A stretch of 64,000 nucleotides of DNA from Candidatus Bathyarchaeota archaeon (GTDB taxonomy: Archaea; Thermoproteota; Bathyarchaeia; Bathyarchaeales; Bathycorpusculaceae): the NCBI GenBank assembly GCA_963767735.1, contig CAVYES010000005.1, positions 256,001 through 320,000 on the forward strand, given 5' to 3'. The first letter of the stretch is position 1. Each line of letters begins with the position of its first letter. The notes beneath the pieces were generated by a model. That model saw only the letters and a list, made by a program, of their open reading frames with translations, did no database searches and had not been told where the DNA came from. The position numbers and the translations under genes were made by a program. Positions 1-10,484 of this stretch are shown here, one piece after another.

Positions 1-220
1 AGACAACCTTGCAGTGCTAAATTTCGTTTCTGCCAATTCAGGAAAGTCCAAGATTGTCTGTTTCTGCATGGGTGAACAAGGCAAGGTTTCCAGGCTTCTT
101 TCGCCGTTGTTTGGTGCCTTCTTCACTTTCGCTTCGCTTGAGCAAGGCAGCGAAACTGCTTCTGGGCAAATCTCTATTCAAGAACTGAGGGCAACTTTCA
201 AGTTTTTGGAGAACAAGTAA
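1..220 (+). CDS. aroD: 3-dehydroquinate dehydratase type I, C-terminal part (runs off the left edge)
   Basis: FCMGEQGKVSRLLSPLFG...TFAS...TASGQI matches the AroD C-terminus; directly precedes aroE. Confidence 0.85.
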   Translation, partial: DNLAVLNFVSANSGKSKIVCFCMGEQGKVSRLLSPLFGAFFTFASLEQGSETASGQISIQELRATFKFLENK

Positions 221-221
221 G

Positions 222-1079
222 ATGGAAATTTCGGGAAAAACGCGCGTTTGCGGAGTAATCGGCGACCCAATAGAGTACACTCTTAGCCCAATTATGCATA
301 ATGCAGCGTTTGAGGCTTTGGAAATAGACTACTTTTATTTAGCCTTTAAAGTAAAGTCCGCAGAAGTAGAAGACGCAATAAGAGGTATTCGGGCGCTGAG
401 CATTCTTGGCTTAAACGTAACCATGCCCCACAAACACGCGGTCACCAAATATTTAGATGAGATAGACCCAACTGGCAAAGCCACAGGTTCCGTCAACACC
501 ATCTTAAACAAGGATGGAAGATTGCTCGGCTTTAACACTGACGGCGTCGGAGCACTAAATGCGCTCGAACAGAACGGCGTGGAACTGAGAGGCAAAAAAG
601 TGCTGGTGCTTGGAGCAGGCGGCGCTGCAAAAGCCATAGCATACACTCTCTCGCAAGCAGCGGACGAACTAGTGATTTTGAATCGTATACCTAAACCAGC
701 AGCAGAGATAGCTGACCTCTTAAAACAAAAGTTCAACAAAAAAATCATCGCAGACCAACTCTCGCCAAGCACAATCAAAGAAAACCTTGCTGAATCTGAT
801 GTGCTTATTAACGCCACTTCAGTCGGAATGAACCCAAACGCCAACCAAACCCCAGTGGCACTCGAGTGGCTCAAACCTGACTTGACAGTAATGGACATAG
901 TTTACAATCCAATTGAAACAAAACTCGCAAAGGACGCTAAAGCCGTGGGAGCCAAGGTGGTAAGTGGGGTTGAAATGTTAATTTATCAGGGCGCTGCCTC
1001 GTTTGAAATTTGGACTGCCTGCAAGGCGCCAGTTGCGGTTATGAGGAAGGCAGCGCTTAATCACTTGCGGACGGTGTAG
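222..1079 (+). CDS. aroE: shikimate dehydrogenase
   Basis: GDPI..TLSP.MHN, NVTMPHK, NTDG, GAGGAA, MLIYQG motifs. Confidence 0.95.
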   Translation: MEISGKTRVCGVIGDPIEYTLSPIMHNAAFEALEIDYFYLAFKVKSAEVEDAIRGIRALSILGLNVTMPHKHAVTKYLDEIDPTGKATGSVNTILNKDGRLLGFNTDGVGALNALEQNGVELRGKKVLVLGAGGAAKAIAYTLSQAADELVILNRIPKPAAEIADLLKQKFNKKIIADQLSPSTIKENLAESDVLINATSVGMNPNANQTPVALEWLKPDLTVMDIVYNPIETKLAKDAKAVGAKVVSGVEMLIYQGAASFEIWTACKAPVAVMRKAALNHLRTV

Positions 1080-1083
1080 AAGA

Positions 1084-1953
1084 TTGACTGGAAAAGCTAC
1101 GGCTATCGCTCATGGCGCGGCAACAATCGTTAACGCAATGGCGCTCGGCAAAGGCGCAGCATTCGGAGTTGACCTGTGGACTAAGGCAGAAGTCAAATTA
1201 ACGGATGAGCCTCACGTTATCCAAGCAGAAATAACCTCTGACCCAAAAGAAAATACCGCCTTAATGGAGAAAACAGCAGCGCGGGTTCTCCAGAGGTTCA
1301 GTCTGGATAATAGTTTTGGAGCTAAAGTAAAAACTTGGTCAAACATTCCAATCGCTAAAGGATTAAAAAGCAGCAGCGCAGCAGCAAACGCAGTCGCCAT
1401 AGCAACGGTAGCTGCGTTGGATAAAACGCTTGACGACTTAGAAATCATAAAGTTAGGCGTAGACGCTGCCTTCGACGCAAAAGTGACTGTAACAGGCGCT
1501 TTCGATGACGCTTGCGCTTCATACTTCGGCGGCGCAGTTATCACAAACAATTTTAAACAAGAAATAGTTAAGCAGTTTCCGTTAATTGAAGATTCAGTAG
1601 TGCTTTTCCATATACCGCCTGAAAAGGCGTACTCAGCCGATTCAAACGTGCAGAGGCTACAAACGGTGAAAACGCTCGTTGAAGTCGCATATAAGGAAGC
1701 CTTAGAAGGCAAGGTTTGGGAAGCATTGACGCTTAACGGCTTGATTTACTCTTCAGCCTCAGGATACAACCCTTCAATCGCGATTGATGCGTTAGCTGCT
1801 GGAGCAATGGCAGCTGGGCTTTGCGGCAAGGGACCAGCAGTAACAGCAGTTACACCGAAGAATAAAATTGAAGAAGTAAAAACTGTCTTACAAAAGTACA
1901 GCGGCGAAATCTTACAGGCTAACATCAATCGTGAAAAAGCTAAGGTGCTATAG
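1084..1953 (+). CDS. aroK: archaeal GHMP-type shikimate kinase
   Basis: IPIAKGLKSSSAAA GHMP motif; VTGAFDDACAS; aro operon context. Confidence 0.92.
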   Translation: MTGKATAIAHGAATIVNAMALGKGAAFGVDLWTKAEVKLTDEPHVIQAEITSDPKENTALMEKTAARVLQRFSLDNSFGAKVKTWSNIPIAKGLKSSSAAANAVAIATVAALDKTLDDLEIIKLGVDAAFDAKVTVTGAFDDACASYFGGAVITNNFKQEIVKQFPLIEDSVVLFHIPPEKAYSADSNVQRLQTVKTLVEVAYKEALEGKVWEALTLNGLIYSSASGYNPSIAIDALAAGAMAAGLCGKGPAVTAVTPKNKIEEVKTVLQKYSGEILQANINREKAKVL

Positions 1954-1956
1954 CAA

Positions 1957-3285
1957 ATGACGGACATAATAATTAAGAAAACTGAACGGTTAAACGGCGA
2001 GGTTTGTGCTCCTCCATCAAAATCTTACACACAGAGAATAGTCATAACGGCTGCTTTATCTGAAGGGGTTTCCAAAGTGTCAAATCCGCTTTTATCGGAA
2101 GACACCCAAGCAACCGTGCGCGCTATCACCGCTTTAGGTGCAAACATGGCAAGAAGTGAAGGCTGCTGGACCATCACGGGAGCAAACCCGCTTATAAATG
2201 CTAAAGCGCCTGTTGACTGCGGTGAATCCGGCGCCACGTTACGTTTCATGATGCCTGTGGCAGCTCTAGCACCTGACCCATCAACCCTGATTTTTAATGG
2301 TTCTCTTGATCGCAGACCCATCGAGCCTTTGCTTAAAAGCCTTGATGAACTCGGAGCCAAAGCTTGCACCAAAAAAATTCGCGTCCAAGAAAACGGAAAA
2401 GAAAAAACGAAAGATGCCGTTTTAGTTGAAGGCGGAGGCATCTTGGGCGGGGAGACCTCTATTGCTGGAGATGTTAGTTCTCAGTTCATTTCTGGATTAA
2501 TGTTCGCGTGCCCAATGGCAAAAGTGGATACAGAAGTCACTATAACAACTCCGCTTGAGTCCTCGGATTACGTTAAAATGACTTGGGATGTACTTGCAAA
2601 GCATGAAATTCAACTTGAAGTTCATGATAACTTTAAACGCATAAAGATTCCAGCTAATCAAACGTATAAGCCCCAAGACTTACGGGTGCCCGGAGATTTT
2701 TCTTCAGCTGCCTTTCTCCTCTCTGCCGCGGCAATAACCAGCTCTAAGGTTCAGATAAACAATCTTGAATACAAAACTGTTCAAGGTGACAAGGCAATTC
2801 TGGGAATCCTCAAGCAAATGGGAATTGAGGGAAAAGTATGCCAAAGCAGCGTTGAAATAAACGGAACCGGATGTCCGCTTGAACCTCTCAATGTTGATGC
2901 AAGAAATATTCCAGACCTAGTTCCCGCCTGTGCCGCCTTAGCATGTTACGCTAAGGGCACATCCAAAATCACTGGTGCCCAAAGGCTCAAACTTAAAGAG
3001 TCAGATAGGTTGAACTCGCTTTATCTTGAGCTGAGAAAGATGGGTGCAAAAATAAAGGTAGATGCAACCAGCTTAACCATAGATGGCCCCTGCGCCCTGC
3101 ATGGCGCCGTGATTAATCCACACAACGATCACCGAATCGCGATGGCTTGTGCGGTTGCAGCTTTAGGCGCAGAAGGGCAAACTACTATTCAAAATGCCGA
3201 GTGCGTTAGAAAGTCTTATCCGCAGTTCTTCACTCATTTAAAGCAAATAGGAGCTGAAATTGTTGGCGGGAAATTCGATTGGTAA
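1957..3285 (+). CDS. aroA: EPSP synthase (3-phosphoshikimate 1-carboxyvinyltransferase)
   Basis: PPSKS, GESGATLR, SSQFISG, KESDR, DHRIAM, KSYP motifs. Confidence 0.96.
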   Translation: MTDIIIKKTERLNGEVCAPPSKSYTQRIVITAALSEGVSKVSNPLLSEDTQATVRAITALGANMARSEGCWTITGANPLINAKAPVDCGESGATLRFMMPVAALAPDPSTLIFNGSLDRRPIEPLLKSLDELGAKACTKKIRVQENGKEKTKDAVLVEGGGILGGETSIAGDVSSQFISGLMFACPMAKVDTEVTITTPLESSDYVKMTWDVLAKHEIQLEVHDNFKRIKIPANQTYKPQDLRVPGDFSSAAFLLSAAAITSSKVQINNLEYKTVQGDKAILGILKQMGIEGKVCQSSVEINGTGCPLEPLNVDARNIPDLVPACAALACYAKGTSKITGAQRLKLKESDRLNSLYLELRKMGAKIKVDATSLTIDGPCALHGAVINPHNDHRIAMACAVAALGAEGQTTIQNAECVRKSYPQFFTHLKQIGAEIVGGKFDW

Positions 3286-4369
3286 AGAGTTCATAGTAAC
3301 CACTTTCGGCGAAAGCCACGGCAAAATCGTTGGCGTAGTATTGGACGGTTGTCCCGCGGGATTGCCTCTTTCTGAAGCGGACATTCAAGTGGAATTGGAT
3401 AGGCGTATTCCTGCAGAGCCGAAAATTGTTTCGGGAAGAATCGAAAAAGACATCGTCAACATTCTTTCGGGCGTTTTTAACGGTTTTACAACTGGTGCTC
3501 CAATCGCTTTGATGGTTGAGAATAAAGAGGTTGACTCAAGCGATTATGAAGCAATCAAGGATCTGCCAAGACCAGGACACGCCGATTACCCCGCCCAAGT
3601 AAAGTATGGCGGCTTCAACGATTACCGAGGCGGCGGACGCTTCTCAGGCAGAGTCACAGTCGCACTCATCATGGCTGGGGCAATAGCCAAAAAATTGCTA
3701 AGCAAATTCGACGTTGACGTTTTAGCTTACACCCGAGCAGTTGGCAAAGTAAAAAGTGATAAAAAGTTTAGTGCCGAGGAGATCCGAAAGAATAGGTACG
3801 TAGCGGTTACTCGTTGTCCAGACTTCGCCTGTGCAGAGAGAATGGAGGAAGCTATAGTTACTGCGAAAAAAGACGGTGATAGTGTCGGCGGGGTAGTTGA
3901 ATGCATTGCCCTAAACGTTCCAGTGGGAGTTGGCGAGCCACTGTTTGATTCACTTGATGCCGATTTAGCAAAAGCATTGTTTGATATTCCCGCCGTAAAA
4001 GGCGTAGAGTTCGGCTTGGGGTTTAGAGTTGCAGAGTTAAAGGGTTCAGAAAGCAACGACCCCTACCTTATGCAAAGCGGAAAAGTTGCAACAGCAACAA
4101 ATAACGCAGGCGGAATCTTAGGCGGAATATCCAACGGTATGCCAATCATGATGCAGGTAGCGATAAAACCAACACCTTCTGTCGGCAAAGAACAGAAAAC
4201 CGTTAACCTCTCTACGATGGAAGACATGAGTCTTCGCATAAAGGGTAGGCATGACCCCTGTGTTGTCCCAAAAGCCGTTCCCGCCGTAGAATCTGCAGTT
4301 GCTATAACCTTAGCTGACCATATGATTCGCGCGGGCTTTATACCGAAAGTTTTGGAGAGAAAGAAATGA
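3260..4369 (+). CDS. aroC: chorismate synthase
   Basis: TFGESHG, RPGHAD, RGGGRFSGR, GRHDPC motifs. Confidence 0.97.
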   Translation: MLAGNSIGKEFIVTTFGESHGKIVGVVLDGCPAGLPLSEADIQVELDRRIPAEPKIVSGRIEKDIVNILSGVFNGFTTGAPIALMVENKEVDSSDYEAIKDLPRPGHADYPAQVKYGGFNDYRGGGRFSGRVTVALIMAGAIAKKLLSKFDVDVLAYTRAVGKVKSDKKFSAEEIRKNRYVAVTRCPDFACAERMEEAIVTAKKDGDSVGGVVECIALNVPVGVGEPLFDSLDADLAKALFDIPAVKGVEFGLGFRVAELKGSESNDPYLMQSGKVATATNNAGGILGGISNGMPIMMQVAIKPTPSVGKEQKTVNLSTMEDMSLRIKGRHDPCVVPKAVPAVESAVAITLADHMIRAGFIPKVLERKK

Positions 4370-4629
4370 TGAACGAAATCAAACAGCTAAGAGAAAAAAT
4401 AGACCAAATTGACGAGCAAATCCTAAATGCCCTCAGCGAAAGAGCCAAAATATGCAGTGCTATTGGTTTGGTTAAGAAAAAAAATGGCGTGCAAATAAGA
4501 GATACTTCCAGAGAAAATGAGGTTTATCTGCGCGTCAAGGAAAAAGCTGTTGAATTTCGCTTGGACCCCATTAAAGTTGAGGCAGTTTACCGCGAAATAG
4601 TTAATATGTGCAGTGCTGTTCAAGAGTAG
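4366..4629 (+). CDS. chorismate mutase (AroQ type)
   Basis: LREKIDQIDEQIL..L.ER...IG..K......D..RE pattern. Confidence 0.9.
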   Translation: MMNEIKQLREKIDQIDEQILNALSERAKICSAIGLVKKKNGVQIRDTSRENEVYLRVKEKAVEFRLDPIKVEAVYREIVNMCSAVQE

Positions 4630-4658
4630 AAAATACCTCTCGAAGGAGAGTTAAACCT

Positions 4659-5738
4659 GTGCTCTACGAGATAAACGAGAAAGCCATAAGGCTCGAAAAT
4701 CAAGGAAAAAAGATAATACGCCTAAACCTAGGGGACCCAGACTTAGCTACGCCTAACGAGATAATTGAAGCAGCATACGCAGCGATGAAGGCGGGCAAAA
4801 CAAAGTATTCTTCCTCTTACGGCGAGACTAAACTTCGTGAAAAGCTCGCTAAGTTCCACGGTGTTAAAGCTGAAAACGTAGTTATTACGCCCGGTTCGAA
4901 ATGGGGCATATTCGCCACCATGTATCTTATGTTGAAAGCTGGGGGGAACGTTGTTATCCCGACGCCTTACTGGACAGCTTACGATTTAATTGCTAAAAGT
5001 CTTGGTGTTCAAACTAAACTGTTGCGGACAGAGATGGAAGACGGCTGGAAAATAGATTTGGATAAACTGGAAGCCATGATTGACAAGAACACACGCATGA
5101 TAATACTCAACAATCCAAACAATCCCACAAGCAAAGTCATGGATGCAAAAACACTTGACGGCATAGTAGAAATTGCAAACAGGAAAAACGTTACCATTCT
5201 CTCAGACGAAGTATATGGAACAATCAGCTTTGTTAAAACAAAAAGCATCCTGGAATATGACAACGATCACACTCACATTCTTACCACTGGCTTCTCCAAA
5301 ACATTTAGTATGACAGGATGGAGAATCGGCTATATTATAGCAAACAAAAAGCTTGTTGACAACATTACAAAACTCAATCAAATAACCATCAACAACGTCC
5401 CAGTATTCATTCAAGAAGCCGCATTAAAAGGGCTGGAAATGCAAAAGCAACTTGCCACAAAAATAAAGGAAGAATACAAAGAGCGAGCGATTATGGCAAG
5501 CAAAACCTTAGAGAAGGCAGGATTCTCATTCACAAAACCCGAAGCGCCATTCTACGTTTTTCCCAAACGCAAAGGCATAAACTCTGAAAAATTCACCTTA
5601 GACCTTCTTGACAAAGGCGTAGCAGTAGCTCCAGGAACAGCGTTCGGCGATTACCCAGAGCACTTCCGCATCTCGTTAACTGCGCCCAGAGCTGAAATAA
5701 AGACAGCGTTAGACATCATAAGCGAGGCGCTTGGATGA
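4659..5738 (+). CDS. class I/II PLP aminotransferase (aspartate/aromatic)
   Basis: NNPNNPT, SDEVY, GFSKTFSMTGWRIGY; start moved to in-frame GTG 4659 after AGGAG. Confidence 0.88.
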   Translation: MLYEINEKAIRLENQGKKIIRLNLGDPDLATPNEIIEAAYAAMKAGKTKYSSSYGETKLREKLAKFHGVKAENVVITPGSKWGIFATMYLMLKAGGNVVIPTPYWTAYDLIAKSLGVQTKLLRTEMEDGWKIDLDKLEAMIDKNTRMIILNNPNNPTSKVMDAKTLDGIVEIANRKNVTILSDEVYGTISFVKTKSILEYDNDHTHILTTGFSKTFSMTGWRIGYIIANKKLVDNITKLNQITINNVPVFIQEAALKGLEMQKQLATKIKEEYKERAIMASKTLEKAGFSFTKPEAPFYVFPKRKGINSEKFTLDLLDKGVAVAPGTAFGDYPEHFRISLTAPRAEIKTALDIISEALG

Positions 5739-6613
5739 GAATCGCCATAATTGGCGCGGGAAAAATGGGTGTTTGGTTCGCAAAATTTTTCAATTCAAAA
5801 GATTACTCTGTGACATTGGCAGACCGCAAGAAAGAGAAAATAGCTAATTTAAAAAAGGAATTGCCTGTTAGGCTGACTACTGATTTTAAGGAAGCCGTTG
5901 CTGATGCCGACCAAGTTTTACTCTGCGTATCCATAAACGCTTTAGAAGAAGTAGCAAAAACTATTAGTCCTGCACTTCACCGAGGGCAAGTCGTCATGGA
6001 TATATGCTCAATTAAAGAAGCTCCTGTCCAAGTTATGCATGAGAACATAAAAGGCGCCTTGGTTCTGGGAACTCATCCAGTTTTCGGTCCGGGAAGCAAT
6101 GGTGTCAAACACAAAGCGTACGTTCTAACTCCAACCAACGCTGAAGAGGAAAAATTTGCTGCCGAATTCAAGACGTGGCTAGAACAAGAAGAAGCGCGTG
6201 TCTTTGTCATGTCTCCGAAAAAGCATGATGAACTTATGTCAGTTGTTTTGGGTTTACCGCATTTTCTGGGCTTAGTTGCCTGCGAAACGCTTCTGGAACA
6301 AAAAGATTTTCCCGAAACAAAAGAGGTTGCGGGCACTACATATCGGATGCTATTCACTTTGGCTGAAGCAACCGCGCTTGAAACACCTGACCTTTATGCA
6401 AGCCTACAAACAAATCTGCCTGAACTGGGCGAAATCGAAGACTTGTTTATGGCTAAAGCAAAAGAATGGCTCAACCTAATAAAAAACAATGATACAGAAG
6501 CAATCGTTAAAAGAATGGCGCAATTGAAAGCGAAACTGACTGAAGTAGACCCAGACTTCGCTAAGTCTTATGAAGCAATGTATAAAATGCTGGAATCAAC
6601 GGAAAAATCATAG
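5735..6613 (+). CDS. tyrA: prephenate dehydrogenase
   Basis: IIGAGKMG Rossmann motif, DICSIK, HPVFGP, HDELMS. Confidence 0.92.
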   Translation: MRIAIIGAGKMGVWFAKFFNSKDYSVTLADRKKEKIANLKKELPVRLTTDFKEAVADADQVLLCVSINALEEVAKTISPALHRGQVVMDICSIKEAPVQVMHENIKGALVLGTHPVFGPGSNGVKHKAYVLTPTNAEEEKFAAEFKTWLEQEEARVFVMSPKKHDELMSVVLGLPHFLGLVACETLLEQKDFPETKEVAGTTYRMLFTLAEATALETPDLYASLQTNLPELGEIEDLFMAKAKEWLNLIKNNDTEAIVKRMAQLKAKLTEVDPDFAKSYEAMYKMLESTEKS

Positions 6614-6614
6614 C

Positions 6615-7427
6615 TTAAGCCGCTTTCGGGTAAGAACCCAATATCCTAACGAATATCGCATATTTCTCTAATGCTTTCAACGCTTCTGCACATTGAGGTT
6701 CGGTTCGATGTCCCTCAAAATCAAGGTAAAAATTGTATTCCCACGCCGTCTTCTTTGTGGGTCTTGATTCAATTTTGGTCAAGTTAATGTTTCGCTTAGC
6801 AAATTCTCCGAGTGCATGGTAGAGTGAGCCTGGCTCGTGTTTTGCTGAGAAAATTATAGATGTTTTGTCTTTTCCTGTAGGAGGAGAATCTTCAGTTGAT
6901 AACACAAAGAAGCGGGTATAGTTCTCAGGGTTGTCCGCGATGTCTTCTGCGAGAATGCTCATGCCGTAGAGGTCGGCTGCTCTTTCGCTTGCAATCGCCG
7001 CAGCATTCTTTAAGCTTTTTTCTTTGAGCATCTTGACGCTGCCAGCCGTGTCATAGGTGGGTATGAGTTCGCGTCCAAACTCCTCCAAGAAACTTCGGCA
7101 CTGCGCCAGCGCCTGCGGATGGGAGTAAACAACCTTGATGTCTGCTAAGGCGGTGCCTGGGTTTGCGATGAGGCAATGCTCGATTTTCACGATGACTTCC
7201 CCGCACACTTTCAAATCGTACTTCAGGAAGAGGTCGTAGTTTTGGGTTACGCTGCCTTCTAAGCTGTTTTCAACGGGGACGACGCCGAACCTGGACTCCT
7301 GTGTGCAGACCCTGTCGAAAACGTCTTTGAAGTCCTTGCAGGGGTTAACTTCTGTTTTGGCTCCAAAGAATTGAAAGACTGCGCTTTCGCTGTAAGCGCC
7401 CCGTTCGCCTTGGAAGGCTACTTTCAC
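6615..7427 (-). CDS. pheA: prephenate dehydratase with ACT domain
   Basis: FQGERGAYS, PVENSLEG, SHPQALAQC, NYTRF, TKIESRP. Confidence 0.96.
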   Translation of the reverse strand: MKVAFQGERGAYSESAVFQFFGAKTEVNPCKDFKDVFDRVCTQESRFGVVPVENSLEGSVTQNYDLFLKYDLKVCGEVIVKIEHCLIANPGTALADIKVVYSHPQALAQCRSFLEEFGRELIPTYDTAGSVKMLKEKSLKNAAAIASERAADLYGMSILAEDIADNPENYTRFFVLSTEDSPPTGKDKTSIIFSAKHEPGSLYHALGEFAKRNINLTKIESRPTKKTAWEYNFYLDFEGHRTEPQCAEALKALEKYAIFVRILGSYPKAA

Positions 7428-8941
7428 TTTTTGTTCCCTCGATTCTTAATCAAGAGTTTGTTTATACCATTTATCATTGCTTCAACACTAGCCATAACGA
7501 TATCTTCTCTTGCTGCGCGTGCGGAAACGATGTTGCCTTTTTCATCCTCAACTTTAATGACAACTTCTGCCACGGCGTTTGAGCCGCCCGTTATTGCTTC
7601 AAGCCGGTACTCTCTGAGCCGTATGTTTTCTAGATTATTGGTTATTTTTTGGATGGCTTTCAGTACGGCGTCAACTGGGCCTACGCCTGTTTCTGCTGCA
7701 ACGTATTCTTTTCCATCTAAAACGAGCCTTACTGAAGCGGTTGGAATAACTTTTATGCCCGTTATAACGGCTAAGTCACTTAAGTCAACGATTTTTTCTT
7801 CCCCTATCACTTCACCCATAACTGCTGAAGTTAACGCAAATAAATCAGCGTCAGTCACCATCTTACCCTTATCACCTAACTCTTTGACACGTTGAACAAT
7901 TTCCTGCAGCTGCTGTTCAGTTGGGTGGATGCCTATCTCTTCCAGTTCAGCTTTTACGCCGCGCGTACCAGCTAGTTTTCCTGCAACTAATTTTCTTGTG
8001 CGTCCCACTAACTCCGGATTTATCGGCTCGAAGGTTAATGGTTTCTCCGTTACTCCCCTCGTGTGAATGCCTGATTCATGGGCAAAAGCGTTTTCTCCTA
8101 CAATGGCCTTGTTAGCTTGCACATTTATACCGGTCAACGATGAAACCAATCTGGAAGTGCCGTATAATAACCGTGAGTTTACACCTGTCTTGTACTTGTA
8201 AATCAGATGTAAAGCCATAACTACTTCTTCAAGTGAAGCGTTCCCAGCGCGCTCACCTAACCCGTTGACAGCAACGTGCACCTGATCGGCGCCAGCTTCG
8301 ACTGCGGCTAAGGAGTTTGCAACGGCTAAACCGAAATCGTCATGGCAATGCGTGCTAATGGGAACGTTAACTACAGTTTTTAGTTCTTCAATGAGTTTGA
8401 TTGTTGTTTTCGGAATCATTATGCCTACGGTGTCAGGAACGTTTAGTATGTCCATTCCTGCTTTCTCTGCTGCTTGGCAAACTTGCTTTAAAAAGGGCAT
8501 TTCTGAGCGCGTGGCGTCCATTGGTGAAAACTCGCATTTGAAACCATGCTTCTTAACATACTCAACAGATTCCACGGTTGAAGACAACACCTGTTCAGGC
8601 GTTAAGTTCACGGCGTACCTCATCTGCACAAGCGAAGTTGGAATAAAAACGTGAATTAAGTCAACGTCGCAGTCAATTGCAGCGTCAATATCGCCTTTTG
8701 TTGCACGCGTCAAAGCGCAGATTTCTGGTTCTAACCCAGCTTTAGCAATCTCCTTGACAACTTTTTTTTCGCCCTCAGAAGAGCTTGGAAAACCGGCTTC
8801 GATAACGTCGACGCCTAGCTTGCTTAATTGACTTGCAATCTCAATCTTATCGTCTGCAGTTAAAGTAACGCCGGGTGTTTGCTCGCCATCTCTTAGTGTA
8901 GTGTCAAAAATACGGATACGTTTTGAAGTTTTATCGTTCAT
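7424..8941 (-). CDS. leuA: 2-isopropylmalate synthase (LeuA/CimA family)
   Basis: DTTLRDGEQ, HCHDDFG, GLGERAGN, AHESGIH and C-terminal regulatory domain; citramalate synthase activity not excluded. Confidence 0.85.
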   Translation of the reverse strand: MNDKTSKRIRIFDTTLRDGEQTPGVTLTADDKIEIASQLSKLGVDVIEAGFPSSSEGEKKVVKEIAKAGLEPEICALTRATKGDIDAAIDCDVDLIHVFIPTSLVQMRYAVNLTPEQVLSSTVESVEYVKKHGFKCEFSPMDATRSEMPFLKQVCQAAEKAGMDILNVPDTVGIMIPKTTIKLIEELKTVVNVPISTHCHDDFGLAVANSLAAVEAGADQVHVAVNGLGERAGNASLEEVVMALHLIYKYKTGVNSRLLYGTSRLVSSLTGINVQANKAIVGENAFAHESGIHTRGVTEKPLTFEPINPELVGRTRKLVAGKLAGTRGVKAELEEIGIHPTEQQLQEIVQRVKELGDKGKMVTDADLFALTSAVMGEVIGEEKIVDLSDLAVITGIKVIPTASVRLVLDGKEYVAAETGVGPVDAVLKAIQKITNNLENIRLREYRLEAITGGSNAVAEVVIKVEDEKGNIVSARAAREDIVMASVEAMINGINKLLIKNRGNKK

Positions 8942-8945
8942 TTTT

Positions 8946-9983
8946 TCAACCAGTTTTCACTGTTAAGGCTGCAGCAATGGCTTCTGCCATCCCCACGGTC
9001 GTGGCGTTGCCGCCGCAGTCTGGAACAGTTTGACCGTTACGTAACGCGTATACTACCCCATTCTCTATTGCAGCGCCTGCTTTGATGCATTTTTTGTCGC
9101 TGTATTTTTCGCCGAGCCACTCCAGCATCATCTTCGCGGAAAGTATCATGGAGATTGGGTTTGCGGTGTGTTTTCCTGCTCTGTTTGGTGCTGAACCGTG
9201 GATAGGTTCGAAGAGTGCAAAGTTGTCGCCTATGTTTGCGCCTGGCGCCATACCCAACCCGCCGATAAGTTGGGCTGCTTCGTCTGAGAGGATGTCGCCG
9301 AACATGTTGCAGGTGCAGAAGACATCGAATTCTTGGGGCTCTTTTATCAAACGCATAGATGCTGCGTCAACGTATAACTCGTTGAAGGCGATGTCTGGGT
9401 ACTGTTTTGCCGTTTCGCGGCATATGCTGGCGAATAAACCGTCGGTTACGCGCATAACGTTGGCTTTGTGTATGGCGGTTACTTTCTTTTTGCCATTTCG
9501 CAGACGTGCGATTTCGAAGGCTTTCTTGGCTATGCGCTCACAATTTGCTCTTGTGATGATTCTCATGCATATGGTTGTGTCGTTGCCTACGGTGAATTCT
9601 AAGCCCTTGTAAACATCCTCAGTGTTCTCTCTAACAAACATCATATCTATGTCAGGTCGAGCCACAGGAACGTTAGGATAAGCTTTCAACGGACGCAAAT
9701 TGGCGTACAAATCGAACATCAGTCTGAGTTTAACTATGACGTCGGCTGCGGTTTCGCCTACGGGTCCCTTTAGGCAAGCGTGGGATTCTTTGATTTTTTG
9801 CACTGTGTCTTCGGGTAATGCGGCGCCTCTTTTAGCTAAGGTTGCGTCGCCCGCTTCAGCCTCAATAATTTTGAGGTTTAATCCGAATTTTTTCTGTGCT
9901 GAGTCTAGAACTTTTAGGGTAGCTTCGGTTAATTCTGGTCCGATGCCGTCGCCTGGGATTAGGGATATTTTGTATTCTGTCAT
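8946..9983 (-). CDS. leuB: 3-isopropylmalate dehydrogenase family
   Basis: PGDGIGPE, RENTE, NMFGDILSD, FEPIHGSAP; leu operon context. Confidence 0.85.
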   Translation of the reverse strand: MTEYKISLIPGDGIGPELTEATLKVLDSAQKKFGLNLKIIEAEAGDATLAKRGAALPEDTVQKIKESHACLKGPVGETAADVIVKLRLMFDLYANLRPLKAYPNVPVARPDIDMMFVRENTEDVYKGLEFTVGNDTTICMRIITRANCERIAKKAFEIARLRNGKKKVTAIHKANVMRVTDGLFASICRETAKQYPDIAFNELYVDAASMRLIKEPQEFDVFCTCNMFGDILSDEAAQLIGGLGMAPGANIGDNFALFEPIHGSAPNRAGKHTANPISMILSAKMMLEWLGEKYSDKKCIKAGAAIENGVVYALRNGQTVPDCGGNATTVGMAEAIAAALTVKTG

Positions 9984-10484
9984 TTTTTGTTTAGTCTCCT
10001 TCTCAGGTTTTCGATTAATCCGCCATCTGCTAATATTTCAATTATGAATGGTGGTAGCTTGTCTACTTGAAAGCTTTTTGCCTTTTGAAATGTTTTCTAT
10101 CTTGCCAGCTTCAACATCCACGGCTATTTCGTCACCTGTTTCAACAGCAGCCGATATGCCTTCGCATTCGATTACTGGTAAACCGATGTTAATCGCGTTT
10201 CGGAAGAAAATCCGAGCGAAAGATTCTGCTAACACGCATTTTACGCCTGCGTACTTTAGGGCTAGTGGCGCTTGTTCTCGGCTTGAGCCGCATCCGAAGT
10301 TTTTGCCGCCTACTACGATTACGCCTTTTTTTGCTTTTTCAGGAAAAGCTGGGTCTAAGCTTTCCAGGGCATGTTTTGCTAACTCGTAAGGGTCAACTAA
10401 TACCAGGTATTTTCCAGGCAGAATAACGTCTGTGTCAATGTTGTTTCCGAATTTTATCGCTGGACCTTTAATTTTCATATTCAT
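9980..10484 (-). CDS. leuD: 3-isopropylmalate dehydratase small subunit (frameshift near 10075)
   Basis: NIDTDVILP, NFGCGSSREQA; the typical C-terminus LPPFIIEILADGGL continues in another frame after an A5 run and ends at a TGA overlapping the leuB ATG. Confidence 0.9.

Noticed and set aside
4366-5738. Chorismate mutase-aminotransferase fusion broken by a frameshift
   Set aside because: The mutase ends normally and the aminotransferase has its own AGGAG and GTG at 4659
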